DNA of 64,000 nt. Source: Cystobasidiomycetes sp. EMM_F5. Its lineage: Eukaryota. The translations under genes were made by a program, and so were the position numbers. The notes beneath the pieces were generated by a model. It saw only the letters and a list, made by a program, of their open reading frames with translations. It ran no database searches and had not been told where the DNA came from. Positions within the stretch are counted from its first letter, which is position 1, and every line of letters starts with the position of its first letter. The stretch is from the NCBI GenBank assembly GCA_051047955.1, contig JBPGPT010000003.1:62001-126000 (forward strand), written 5' to 3'. This document shows positions 25,432 to 37,747 of the stretch, piece after piece.

Positions 25432-26391
25432 ATGCTGGAAGCGAAACCCTCACAACTAGCGCTATTGTTTGCCAGCTTGGTCATAACCGCCATAGCTTGG
25501 ATTGTAGTGGACTACAAGCGTTGGATAGATTTTGGTAAGCGAAAACTCTCGCTCGGATGCGAAGTGATAGACTGAAGACTGGTGCAGGCCAAGGTGCTCC
25601 ACCAAACTCCTGCCATCCTTACGGATACGCCGTCTACCAGGTACAAAAGTACTATCTTTTATGGATCAAACGCGCAAACGTCCACGATACAGCGCCCTTG
25701 AGAGCAGAGCGTGACAAGCAGAGCTTCCTAGCTCAATTCGTTGACAACATATCAAGGAAGAATATAGACAAGTCGGCACAGTTGCCGCTGGCTGTAAGGA
25801 CATGTGATCGTCCTAAGATGGTTCACTGGTAGGTCATCCCATAGTGCATTCGAGTAAAATCCTGACGACTTCTTCAGGATTCTTCCCCATCGTGTCGCGC
25901 CGCCATACAACACAAGCGACGTTCTGAGTACGACTCTTCACTCCCTGCTGGCTGATGTCGTGCTCGACTGGCAGACCTATTGCGGCGCTTCCTCTTCCAT
26001 CGAATGTCAAAAACTTGCCAACGTGCCTCGGATCGGCTTATCTCGACTAGAGGGTCTCGGAAACAGCATTTTACTAACTCCAAACGAAGCCGGGATTGAC
26101 CCCTGCGATGCATCAAGCACAATGTTCTCCGAAGTGGCACACATCCACATGCAAGACATGTCATTTCATGTAGTTCTTTCTCCAGCGGATGCTGCTGTGG
26201 TTGTTGACTGCAAATACGGCGAACGATTTGCAGTTTCGGGCCGTAAAATGTGGACCGGGAGGCTCCGTGGACGCGTCGTACCAGCTGGATACGTGCTTTT
26301 ATACCCACCTCGAAACAAGGAAGAGATCCAGACTGTGAAGCAGATAGTCATGGCAGGCATTGCCTACGCCTTATACGAGCACGTCAAATGA
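25432..26391 (+). CDS. Fungal luciferase-like protein (Luz / luciferase domain, DUF5519-type), paralog 1
   Basis: Introns 25535-25587 and 25829-25877. MLEAKPSQLALLFASLVITAIAWIVVDYKRWIDFGQGAPPNSCHPYGY...LPLAVRTCDRPKMVHWILPHR...SRLEG...EVAHIHMQDMSFHVVLSPADAAVVVDCKYGERFAVSG...VLLYPPRNKEEIQTVKQIVMAGIAYA. An extra 5' exon cannot be excluded. Confidence 0.8.
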
Positions 26392-27089
26392 TTTGGGCCG
26401 CCAAGGCCGTCGAAGATGCAGCTCATTCGGGTTCTTTAAGACAGACTATCTGTCCAATACACGGTGTCAGGCCGAGCGCAAGTATACAATCGTAGTATCC
26501 TCAAAGAGAAAACAAACCCAACACTAAAGTCCGCAAAAGTCTTGAGCCACAATTCTGAAGGATGTATTCCGTTTTCTGGGGGGCGTTCGCTGGTGAAATT
26601 CCCAACGACGCTTCCTTGTGTTTGTCGTGCAAGCCTCGTGGAAAGCATCATGCATTCGGTCTCCACTAACGTCCGGCCCATCATCTGAAGACCGATCAGG
26701 GGCCGAATTTCGGCAACGAATTGTGACAATGCACTCACCCAAATACTGAGAGACTGATGCTCCCATGGGACATGCTTTGACGCGGTACGCTTGTCTTCCA
26801 AAGGTGTGGCCAAATCATTTCCTTACAGATTCTACGGTCGCGAAGCGTCGTGGTCTTATACTGGTACGTCGCCACTTATCTAGGCAGCGCAACGAGGACG
26901 CGAATGGGTATGTACGGATACTTCCAACGTCTCCAGGATGTTCAGGCTGTGTCCCTTGTCCGAAGGACGCTCGAATGTCAAACATACTTCATTATATCGC
27001 CATTTCTCCGTAATTCATTCGGCTAGCATCCGCCAGCGCTAAAGGCGATACCTGGGACTGCGTACGGTAAAGGCAGTGTAGGCGACTTC

Positions 27090-28017
27090 ATGTGCTTCTT
27101 CGCCACCCTAGCTCTGGCATCTTGGGTTTTCCACGACTACAAGAATTGGATTGCATTCGGTATGTCTGAACTTATTAGCGGCCAATCGCACGAGTATCTG
27201 ACACTATGACAGGCAACGGTGCCCCTCCAACAGCCTGCAACCCTTACGGTTATGCTCTGTTCCAAATCCAGAAGGTTTACCTGTTATGGATCCTACGGCT
27301 GCGGATAGACGATGCCAAACCTCTCCGAACGGACAGCTGCCAGTCTAGCTTCCTGTCGCGTTTTAAAGCAGGTCATCGCCTGGATGTGTGGCCCTATACA
27401 GCACTGCCAATTCGAACAGGCGCGAGACCGGCTCTGGTGCACTGGTGAGACACGTCGACGTGATGCGTAGTCTGACAGCTGATAGCACGGCAAGGATTCT
27501 GCCGCAGCGTGTAGCGCCGCCCTATCGGCCGAGCAAGGCCCTGGGCTCCGCTATAAAATCAATTCTGGCTGACGTGACTTTCCACTGGCGGAGTTTCTGC
27601 AGCTCCAGCATGGACCCCGAGATAAGGGCACTCATGGGTGTTCCCAGCATTGCGGTGTCTCGGTTGGAGGGACAAGGCGACAGCATTGTGTTGGAGCCCA
27701 ATGCTGTAGGTATTCAACCATGCTCCGTATCGAAGCAGATGTGCAGTGAAGTCGCACATATTCATGGTCAAGATATGTCGTTCCACGTCCTTTTGGCACC
27801 CGCAGATGCTGCAGCGGTTGTGGAAGCGAAGTACGGGGTGCGATTTGCAATTTCTGGACAGAAAGCGTGGACTGGTCGGCACAAGGGTCAAAATGTTCCG
27901 TCTGGATTTGTCCTGGTCTATCCGCCCCGAGACGAAATGGAGATCAAAATAGTGAAGCAGATAATTATGGCCGGAATAGCGTTCGCTCTATGTGAGCGCC
28001 CCCAGAACATAATGTAG
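27090..28017 (+). CDS. Fungal luciferase-like protein (Luz / luciferase domain, DUF5519-type), paralog 2
   Basis: Introns 27160-27212 and 27445-27494, in the same positions and phases as paralog 1. MCFFATLALASWVFHDYKNWIAFGNGAPPTACNPYGY...LPIRTGARPALVHWILPQR...EVAHIHGQDMSFHVLLAPADAAAVVEAKYGVRFAISG...VLVYPPRDEMEIKIVKQIIMAGIAFA. The start may lie slightly upstream. Confidence 0.8.
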
Positions 28018-28286
28018 ACTCAATAATGGTCATAGAAGAAGTGTTCACGTTTGTAGCAAAATAGACACTGAGAGACATTGCAGCAGGCCCGGTATATTTG
28101 GACGTGGAATTTAGTGCTGTACTCCTGCTCGTACATATGCCCGAACAATTTTGTTCTGGCTTCTGGTGATGGCTTCTCGCAGCAGGATTCGGAGTGCTAG
28201 GCATTTCCGATCTTGAATAATGGTAAGGATCGCTAACGCCAGAGGTATGTGCCCTGTGATCGAGATCTAAGCCTCCTTATCCAGCT

Positions 28287-30264
28287 TTACAGATATCCTG
28301 ACATACCCTTTCGATACCCTTCGGCTCGGATCGATGAAGTCTGCCTCACAAGTTCCTGCTTAAATAAGTTTACACCCAGCCGTATTGGGTCTTCCGGATC
28401 CAGCTGTCCGTGATCCGATTCACGAAATACAGCCTTTGCTGTCTCCTCGTCTATCTCAGTCTCCACGTATCCTGCTACCCATGGATAAGTCGAGGCTAAG
28501 TGAATCAAATGCGCGCCCTGCAGTATGCGACTCAGCCTACTGTCCCGTTCGGGGCAGAATCTCATGCTACATACGCAGTACCGATTGCTCAATATCCTTC
28601 GAAGGACTCCATCGACGACTACGTCTAAGCTGGTGGTCTTGGGTAAATAAGTCCCGACCATTTTCCAAGCTTTGTGGTATTCGGATGGTGAAAGCCAAGC
28701 GCTGGCAAGAAACTCGACGGCTGAACCTGCAGTCGTTCCATTGCTAAGCAATTTCTTCGACGCGCGCATCTTGTCGCATTTAATGCAATACAAGAGGAAC
28801 ACGGCGTTCGCCTTGTGGGTTTCGGGACGGTCGTTTCTTCCTACGTTGGCCACGTAATGCTTATAATAGCGATCCTGTCTTCTAAGTACGATATGTGTGG
28901 GCATTGAAGCGAGGAAGACTTGCGAGTACTCCCTACGACACGACGACCACTGAGTGTCATGTATTGCAAAGTGGCAGTCGTCACTTACAGCCAAGTCTCC
29001 ACGCCATAAGCTCGAGTAATGAGACGCTCGCCGAAGTCATACATAATGTCACCGCCTCCTGACGTGTTCGTGTAATATTTAACTGACGTGAAGGTCAGTG
29101 CTAGCGCGGCTTTCCTAAACACCCTGCTTTACCGTATCCTTCTTTGCACGTATATTTCCATAGAAACGGGCCTAATGAGTCGCAGAAGTTCCGCAGCAAG
29201 GCTGGTGATGTAGATTCCTGGAAAGACGACATTTCAGTAGTGGGTGTATGTAATGTAGCAGAAAAGTGTCGCCACAAACAATCAGGGCAGGCCCAATACC
29301 TAAGACTTGCAAAAGTGCGTTGTGTTGTGTGACTTGCATATGCGCAGTGTATATGTGCGCGGCCATACTCTCTGCGATCACAGGCTCTCGAAAGTTCAAA
29401 GGTCCACCATGTAGAAAGAATAGCTCCTGCCAGAGTTGCGTGTTCTCGATATTGAGCAAGAGCCAGCTTATGAGAGCCGCCAGATCTGTCCTTGTGACGG
29501 TGAAAAGCCCGCGAACTCTGGTCAGGAGCGTTCGCACTCGATGTTTTAGTAAAAGCTCTCTGAAGCAAGAAGACGGCCATACCGAAGAAGGAAATGTTGC
29601 ATCACTGCGAGGGCTGCTTCTTGCATTTCAGGCTGGCCCGTTTCGAGCATCGGTATTACCCTTCGCTCGCACATTCAGCATGTAAGGTTGATATTCATGT
29701 AGCATCACAACCGGACATACGTGTGTATGAATTGCGCATCATCGACGTCTATGTTTTTGAGAGCGAGGCGTCCACCCCTGACCACTAGAAATGGCGATAT
29801 ATCCGCTAAGCGATGTGTCGCAGTGAGTGTCACACGAGAGGCCTGTCGCTCCTGCGATATACCCTGTCGATGCCGTCCAGCCATGTATGCGGCTGCATTA
29901 CGCGAGAGACCGACTCCACGCTCGACGAAGTACTGTACAGACGTGGCTTTAGCGCATATCCTGACTTCGGGACGGCGGTATGGGAAATCACATCGATGAG
30001 GGGCACCGTCAAGAGACGAGGAATATGCCATAGCTTGACAAAAATCTCACAGCGGTAAAACCTCCGCCGAAACCAGCGCCATATGAAGAATTCTTGCGTG
30101 CATAGATTGTGAATTGAAGGGCTCGTCAGATTAATCGATTTCAGATCATCCGATTCCAACTCCAGGAATATTGGAAGTAGTAGATCTGGTATTTGTGCCA
30201 CACGCTCTGGGGCGGAGAGGAGTCTATGACCACTAGAAACATCAGTCACGTTGTCGACCTGCAT
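28287..30264 (-). CDS. Putative F-box-like domain protein, multi-exon
   Basis: N-terminal RVAQIPDLLLPIFLELESDDLKSINLTSPSIHNL fits a degenerate fungal F-box pattern. Further co-directional ORF pieces at 29537-29172 and 28994-28287. Exon joins not fully resolved. Confidence 0.5.
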
Positions 30265-32370
30265 GTTGCTGTGTTGGAACAGGACGCGAAGTCATCTCAG
30301 GCTGGGGACGGTCGTCTATGCGGCTTTGGCGGTCGAACCGCTCAACATCGATTACGTAGACCAGAATGGACAGAATGCGCGCCAGGCTAGATGTGCGCAG
30401 CTTGCAGTTTTAACCAGCTTTCAGCGTCATGAAGCCTGATGGGCACCATGATCCTGCGACTTGATGACGATGATGCAGCAACATGTGCGTGTAAAAGAGC
30501 GACGGGCCAAGGCTCGACATCCCAGTTCTGCGACATAAGCAACTAGGGAACGCAACGACGCTCGATAACCCTACGCAGTACCTCATCCCACACTCGCTAC
30601 TTCGTCGCATCAAGCTGTCCACGTGCACGTCATGAATAGACATTAATATTGGCATGGCTGCCGCGACAAGTGACAATTGACGCGACGCTATCATCTCACT
30701 CTACCAGCAATTTGCGTCCATCTGCGATTCAGACTGATACCGAGTTCCGTTTTACGTCTCACCCCGCCCGTCACCGACAACTGTCCCCACGCACAAGGTC
30801 GCTTGTGCGTCGGTAAAGTTGGGAATGTCGCCCAGCACCTCCTTACCTACAATCAGCAAGTCAGAGGACACTTCGTGCCAACGAGCCAAAATTCCACTGA
30901 CCGGACGCAGCGAACGCCTTTCCTACAGACTCCACATCTTTGAAAATGAGATCTGCCTGGATTTGATACGGCGCAGGAGACCCATCCAGACTTGCCAATT
31001 CGCTGATCCTCCAGCTCACCAGACCATGCGGTCCAAAAAGCTTGCCAACCAATGGCATGTGTGCTACTATTTTATCAGTTTCCTCGTCTGAAGGCGTTAG
31101 GGCTTCTCCTACTCTTCAAGTAGTAATCCTTATCGAAACGTTGCTATGAACGAATGATACGTCAGAATGGCAGGTTATTCCTGTGCAGCTGAAAGTGATC
31201 AATTTAAATTTTAAATCAAACTTACTCCTGCAGGGTATATGACTTAATGAATCATTAGTAGACCAGACGATACCGCCCGGCAACTCCCAACTCGGTCCTT
31301 ACCCATGACGTTGGTGTTTCCCATGTTGACGAGGACACTGCGTAGTCCGTGCAATGCGCAGGAAGCCAAATGCTCTCTAGACGCATGTCATGCAGTGGTC
31401 ACGAGCCCCGGCTAGAAACCGCGGGCGTTGCCGGTCCGTCATGAAGAGTATGACAACTGACATTGCCGCTGGAAACGACAAAGTTACAGGGCAATGTCAA
31501 TCTTCGATTGCAGGCAGACAGACGCAGAGAACAAGTACCCATCTTGAGACTAAAGGTAGCTCGTTCGACTCGTTCGAGGACCGAAGTGTGGCAATCCAGC
31601 CCGCGATTCCCTGCATACTTCGACTCAGGCTGGAAGCATAGTCGTATGCGGTCTGGCTGACGCTTCGATGATTCGATACCTTACTCAATTCGCCTCTTCT
31701 CGGCAATGATAACAAAATGGCCTAATATGTTTACAGTATACGCGCCTGTGAGTACTGTACCTGACACGCGTATGTGTAGCGAAAAAATGCGAATGTGCGC
31801 ACCTACAGATGTTAGGGCATGGAAGGTAGTAATAGGATACACCTTCGTGTCTTCGTCTTGTCCTCTTAATCCCTCAGCTGCAGCTACAATTGATGTTTCT
31901 CTTGCTGAGGTGGTAGCTGGACTGAGCGTGCGGTTTTGTCGCGTATGCTTGACAGATCTAAGGACTGTAACTTATGGAATGCAAGATTATCAAGGAGTCG
32001 ACGTCTGCATTTTTTCGACTACCGAACGATGTTCGGCATGACGCTAGTATAGCGCGATCCACACTCCGCTCCTTCATCATACGTTGTGCCATTCAGCCCC
32101 ATACCCGAATAAAAGGAAGCTCCTTACGGGACACTTACGTGCTAACGTTGCCTTGTCAGCGTACAAAAGATGACTCGACGACTGTCGGCTAGCTGCATGT
32201 GGTCTACAGTAGTACAGCAGCTCTGTGTCGCGCTCCCATCTGCAGCTGCACCCAAAAACTTGGCTGTGATACTCGCCAACAACTTCCTTGCGAGTGGCAG
32301 ACAATATCGTTCTCCGCTGTGAGTGTGAGACAGATTATGTTGCGGACGACAGCTGACGCACAAAGGCTCC

Positions 32371-34334
32371 TTGATAGGGTTGATCGGGCCCGCGTTCGTC
32401 CTCGATCCTAGCGGTACTGTACCTGAATCCTTAGCGTGTACTCGGTGGAAGCCGAACCAAATCGAAACGATTGCAGAAGGAGCGCGCAAGCGTGACCGTT
32501 GGATCCGCTTCAAAAGAACAGACCTGCGGAGGAGTCTCATACGGCGTGTGACAATCCGACGAGCGATGGAGACTGAACGCAGTCGGGCCTTGCAGCAGCG
32601 CCAAAGTCGGGAGCAGTATGCGGGTGGCGACACCCTCCTGCAATCTTGGCAGCAATCTTTACGTAGCTACGCTATAGTGCCACAACCATTCATAAGCGGT
32701 CTAGACGATGACTCTTTGGGGATGGGGCTCTTTTCGCACAATTCGAAACCTTATCGACCGCCGTCAAGCGAGAAGGAACCAGCTGTCCGCCTTGACAGCA
32801 ACATGGTACTCGAAGCTGATCCCACAATTGCGGACGATGCAAATCAGCCGTAGGTAGACCTGTCGACAAAGCTTCAAACACATGACGTACTGAATACACG
32901 CAATCTGAAAGGGTCGGCGAAGTCGACGAGGGACAGCCTTCCGAGACGCACAGTTCTCAGATCATCAGGCAGGGGACGCAGCTACAGAGTCGGTTGCTGG
33001 CCGGTCACATTCATACCGATCGCCCTGATGGACGCTTAGACAGCCTGGACGTTGAAAGCTTGATCGCCTCATACAGACCCCTGGTGCACCCATCCGCTCA
33101 AGCCCGGCTGTTGAAGCGTAAAGCTTCGCTGTTATCAGCACGTGGGTCTGGTGCGGTGTCAGTCTCAACCAACCCATCCGAAATGCATCAGGCCATCCGC
33201 AATCAGGGCTCAGTGCTTCATCGGCCTAAAGCAACTGCATCGCAAAGCGACTCTGCAATTGCGGCTTCGAAATCAAACTCTTCCGGTAGAGGCCTCACGT
33301 ACACATCACTGTTCAAGAAACGTGATTTGTTTCGACAGAAAAGCATTACGACGGCTCCGACTGTCATCGCCGGAGAAATTGTGCCAGAAGGCACATCATA
33401 CTTCTCGCCAAGCGCTACGAGCGATCTCCGAACTCCAGCGCCCGTCGCCACGTTGTCATCACTGCGACGTCAAGATACCTCATCGAGTACAGAGGGCACT
33501 TTTTCGGCGTATTCTCCGCAAGTTCAAAGTGGTCGCATCGGAGTGCCAGCCCCGCTGCCAGCTCCAGCCCATGTACCATCAATGCGGCCGTGGACACATT
33601 CTCCTCGCTCAAGTACGTCGTCTGCACAGACATCGCAGGCTTCCTTTCGCTGGTCTGTCGGAAGCGCCAGCACACTTTCGTCGGCCGAAGTTCATTCATC
33701 GCGCCTTGCTGGATGCGCGGCGGATCCTCCCACGGGTGAAGGAAAGAATGTTGCAAAGGCAGGACAACAACACGTTGCAGACACTTCGGAGAATGCCTAT
33801 AAATTCCCTTTGGATCGACCTGTGAAAGTGGATGAAATTACTGCTACCTTGCAAATCGCGTTGCAGCTGGAATCCTTGCCGGCATCGCGGGAAATATCGC
33901 CAGACGACCACGCGCCCCACGCGCCGGGCAGGGCTGTCGTGATAAAAGGCACTGAATCATTCAGGAAAGGTCATGGTCAATCCGACAGCATCGAAAGCAT
34001 GACTTCGGTATTTTCGGACCTCAGCGAGGATAACGTCTCGTGGAGCAAGTTCCCTACACCTCCTTCAATGTCGAGACAAGCTTCCGTCTCGAGCCACGTA
34101 AATTCTCAATTGTCCACGGGATATGACCGAAAGCTTGACTCGTGTCAACGGAGTGCAGCTGTGCAGGACAATCTAGCAGAATCCAAACGCCCGAGCGCCC
34201 TTGCGAATCCGGATAACCTATCCAATTGTTCGGCACGATCCGCTGCAGGTACGAATATGGCCCGAAATTTAGGTCTGACTCTGCATACCGGCGCACCTCT
34301 ACGTCGTCGGCAGCCAACTCCCGTGACATCGTAG
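32371..34334 (+). CDS. Hypothetical protein with long Ser-rich disordered C-terminus (5' exons probably extend upstream)
   Basis: ORFs 32371-32853 and 32994-34334 (446 aa) are separated by an intron-like GTAGGT..TACTGAA..AG segment. Upstream fragments (about 31.7-32.3 kb) have hydrophobic stretches and splice signals that I could not resolve. Confidence 0.6.
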
Positions 34335-34551
34335 CGAGGTTCATAGTCTCGGCAACCTACAGGGCTGGGAGGCGGCGAATACTGATTGAGATGCAGATGA
34401 AAGCAAAGATGCTGAACGTATGTGGGGGTCGAGTCGTAGGGGTGGAGGAACGTTTGCGTGCGTAGAGGGACTAAGGATGGTGTAGTGAATAGGCATTGTC
34501 TGTATCTTATAGATAGACGGATGTAGAGGGGCACTGGTGGTACTGGAACGC

Positions 34552-35120
34552 TTATTGATGTAGCGACGGATCATGTATCACGACCAGGGTGTATTTGTTT
34601 TCTGAAGAGTACGATTCAGGTTCATCCAAGTCGTCTACTGAGGCTTTCATAGCTACCAACCTGGCGTTATCATTATCTCGTGGTTCTGAAACCGAACTCG
34701 CATGAAACGGACCGTGTCCTGTATGTTCCGTATAATCAACGTCAGCAGGAATCCGAACGCATCATCAACAACATAGCAACCAACAGTTTCATCCAGTAGA
34801 CGGGCTGCGGAGCTAGAGCTTTCTACCAGAGATCTTGCTATTCTTGCGTATTTACCGACGCTCTGCGTCACAGACACCTCGTTGTTGTCGTTCAAGAGGC
34901 TTTCTTCAGTCGATTCCGAGCTGCGCTCACGCGTCCCAGGCGGCCTGGCAGGCGATGACGCTGCATTGCTGTCGTCGCGAAACATCGAGCCATTATATCT
35001 GATAACGCGACCCGTAGCGTTGTCGAGGATCAAAACACCCAAAACGCCCCGATGGTTTGACAAGCGAGAAAGAGTGGCCTCCACTTCTGGAGGAGACGCA
35101 GTACTGGAAGAGGCTGACAT
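34552..35120 (-). CDS. Dynein light chain, roadblock/LC7 type
   Basis: PPEVEATLSRLSNHRGVLGVLIL...DTVRFMRVRFQNHEIMITP|ENKYTLVVIHDP matches recalled roadblock consensus. Stop at 34552-34554. Confidence 0.88.
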
Positions 35121-35802
35121 GGTTGGGTCTCGCTTCCAGACCGTGCTTTCGGTTTTGGTATCAACGGTAGCGGCTACCAGGGCAGCGCGGGAGCGAAATC
35201 ATACAAAATAGCATGCTTGACCTGAACAATGCTGAGATGCTACTGACAAGTGAGGCATAGAACGGCGTGTACTAAAATACTAGTCCCGGGTTGAGTAAGC
35301 ATAAAGTCAAAAAGCGATGTCGTCCAGGATGAAGCGGTATTGAATTGCGGCTGTAGTCCTCCCTCCGGAAGCGTAGCGTGTTTGAGGGCGTGGTTGGTTC
35401 AGCTTCATTCGAAGCCCCGTCTGCCATGCTCGATATCATTAATACCACATGAGCACAACTGGAGATATGCTCTCGTGCATGGGCAAGCGGCGTGTCGCAG
35501 AGCAACCTGTAAATCGACCAAAATGCCAGCAAGCGAGGCGACATATAGACTGCGACGATCACCGTTACGCAGACGCCACCTTGTGTCGGGACAATGGAAA
35601 GCCTGACCTTTCTCTTCGAGGAGGTCCTGGTGCAGCGTCTTTGCCTGTAGGTTCCGCATGCCTGAAACGCCGTGACGGACGTCACCAGATGAGCCGCTTC
35701 AGGACATTGTGCTGTATCGATGCTACCGCTAGACTCGTCCAGCTGCCTGCATGAGTAGGCGTGGGTATGGGATTTCGTGGCACATAGAAGCCGGACTGTT
35801 GA

Positions 35803-36147
35803 TCAGGTGGGGACTGCAGACGAGGAAGTATCGCGGGCACGACGCAATTCAATACGCTGTAGCTTCTCCTCGTTGTCGCGGATAGTGCGCTCCAAGCTCA
35901 GCTTTGACGTTTTCAAGGTCTTGATCCTTTTCCTGAGAGTATCGGTATCGAATACTGCTAGCTCGGCCATCTGAGAAGCGTCGTCACGAGGTGTCTGCGT
36001 TGCGATTGCAGGACTGCTAGCTATGGGCTGCAACATTCCATTGCCGTTTTTCGAATTTAGGACGGTTCCGACGTATAATCCTGCTGGAACGACGAGGAGA
36101 ATAGCGCCCAAGCCTGTAAGGCGCAACTTGGGGCGTGTACTGGCCAT
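35803..36147 (-). CDS. Small single-pass membrane protein with C-terminal coiled coil (hypothetical)
   Basis: MASTRPKLRLTGLGAILLVVPAGLYVGTVL (basic stretch plus hydrophobic helix), then heptad-like LRKRIKTLKTSKLSLERTIRDNEEKLQRIE. Single exon, divergent from GPN2. Confidence 0.65.
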   Translation of the reverse strand: MASTRPKLRLTGLGAILLVVPAGLYVGTVLNSKNGNGMLQPIASSPAIATQTPRDDASQMAELAVFDTDTLRKRIKTLKTSKLSLERTIRDNEEKLQRIELRRARDTSSSAVPT

Positions 36148-36273
36148 GACTGGAGTACGTCGAAGTCTTCTTGCGGAGCAGCAACTGCGCAAGGGTACTT
36201 GCAGCTACCAGTCGAATCCAAGCCAAGGCGTCAATGGCTGTTGCCTTCTTGACTTTGCTACAACAGCCAGCGA

Positions 36274-37573
36274 ATGCCTTTCGGTCAAATTGTGCGCATT
36301 CTGAGTCTGACTTGTGGCCTACAGTAGCTAGCAGGAATCTGATTGAACGGCAAAACAGGTCATCGGTCCTCCTGGCTCTGGCAAATCGACCTATTGTAAT
36401 GGCTTGCAGCAATTCTTTGGAGCGCTGGAGCGCCCACTTCACATTGTCAACCTAGATCCTGCAAACAATCAACTGCCGTACGAATGCGCGCTCGATATCA
36501 CAGAATTGGTATCGCTCCAGGATGTCATGGACGAATTTGGCCTGGGGCCTAACGGAGCCATGATCTACTGCTTGGAATACCTAGAGGAGAACTTTGACTG
36601 GCTCGAAGACCGTCTGAATAGCTTACGACAGCTCAACCATCTGGAAGACGAGACTATCGATGCGGACAATGCACCGAAGTCCGGCATGCCCGAATATGTC
36701 GTCTTTGATATGCCGGGCCAGGTTGAGTTGTCGACCAACCACAACAGTCTACGTAATATAATCGTAAAGCTCGAGAAGGCCGGTTACAGGGTTGGTCAGC
36801 TTCCAGCAACAGACCCCTGTAGTGCACATGCTGATTCTGCCTATAAGCTTGCTGCCGTCAACCTGACCGACGCATTCCATGTCACTTCTGCATCCACGTA
36901 TGTGTCAATACTGCTCCTTTCATTGCGTACTATGCTTCAACTCGAACTGCCGCACTTGAATGTCCTATCCAAGATCGATCTCATCACGTCGTACGGCGAT
37001 TTGCCATTCAATCTCGACTTCTACACAGAAGTACAAGACCTGTCATATTTACAGCACGAGCTGGAGAAGGATCCTCGCACAAGGCAAGGCCGGTTCCTAG
37101 AATTGAATCGAGCCATCTGCGAGATTGTCGAAGATTTTGGACTGGTCTCCTTTCAGACGCTATGTGTGGAAGACAAAGTGTCGATGGCAGCCATCGTTAA
37201 AACACTCGATCAGATGCTTGGCTATGTTCCAGCCCGTTCACTCGGGGATACACATTCGCACTCCCATAGATTCCATGACCATGGACACGGGGAAGGTGAA
37301 GCACGTCATCAACAGTCAGGTACGTCAATGCCGGCACCATCTGAGGCCAAGACTGCAAACGCGATGCTGCATGCTTTGCCGCTGTCGTCCTTCCCGTCCG
37401 TGTCGGAAGTTCAAGAAAGGTATGTAGACAATCGGGCGCATCACCTCCGCCACGAGAAAACGCGCTGGCAACTTGAAGCAGACCAACATTTCGAGCGGAA
37501 GACGGAAGAAGTGAGGCAGTCGGCAGTACAGCAAGGTATCAAGGAAGTCGGAAAGACGACAACCGCGCTATGA
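36274..37573 (+). CDS. GPN2: GPN-loop GTPase 2
   Basis: MPFGQI|VIGPPGSGKSTYC (P-loop), VNLDPAN, FGLGPNG (GPN loop), FDMPGQVEL, HLNVLSKIDL, LPFNLDFYTEVQDLSYL. Confidence 0.95.
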
Positions 37574-37747
37574 GCGCTGCAGGCGTTGATAACTAGTGTA
37601 GCTCATCAGTCACCGTCGTTGTCATTGTAGCGGATCTCAGTGCGCTTTTGCGTAGAAGGCTAATATTACATCAACAAGTAGACTTCTTGTTACTGCACTG
37701 AACCTTCAAATGAGAGCGGCCCGCAGCCTGCTGCTATTGACTCCCGC

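Noticed and set aside
35272..35754. Overlapping short ORFs between the roadblock gene and the small membrane protein gene
   Set aside because: No consistent spliced model or motif. More likely promoter and 3' UTR sequence.
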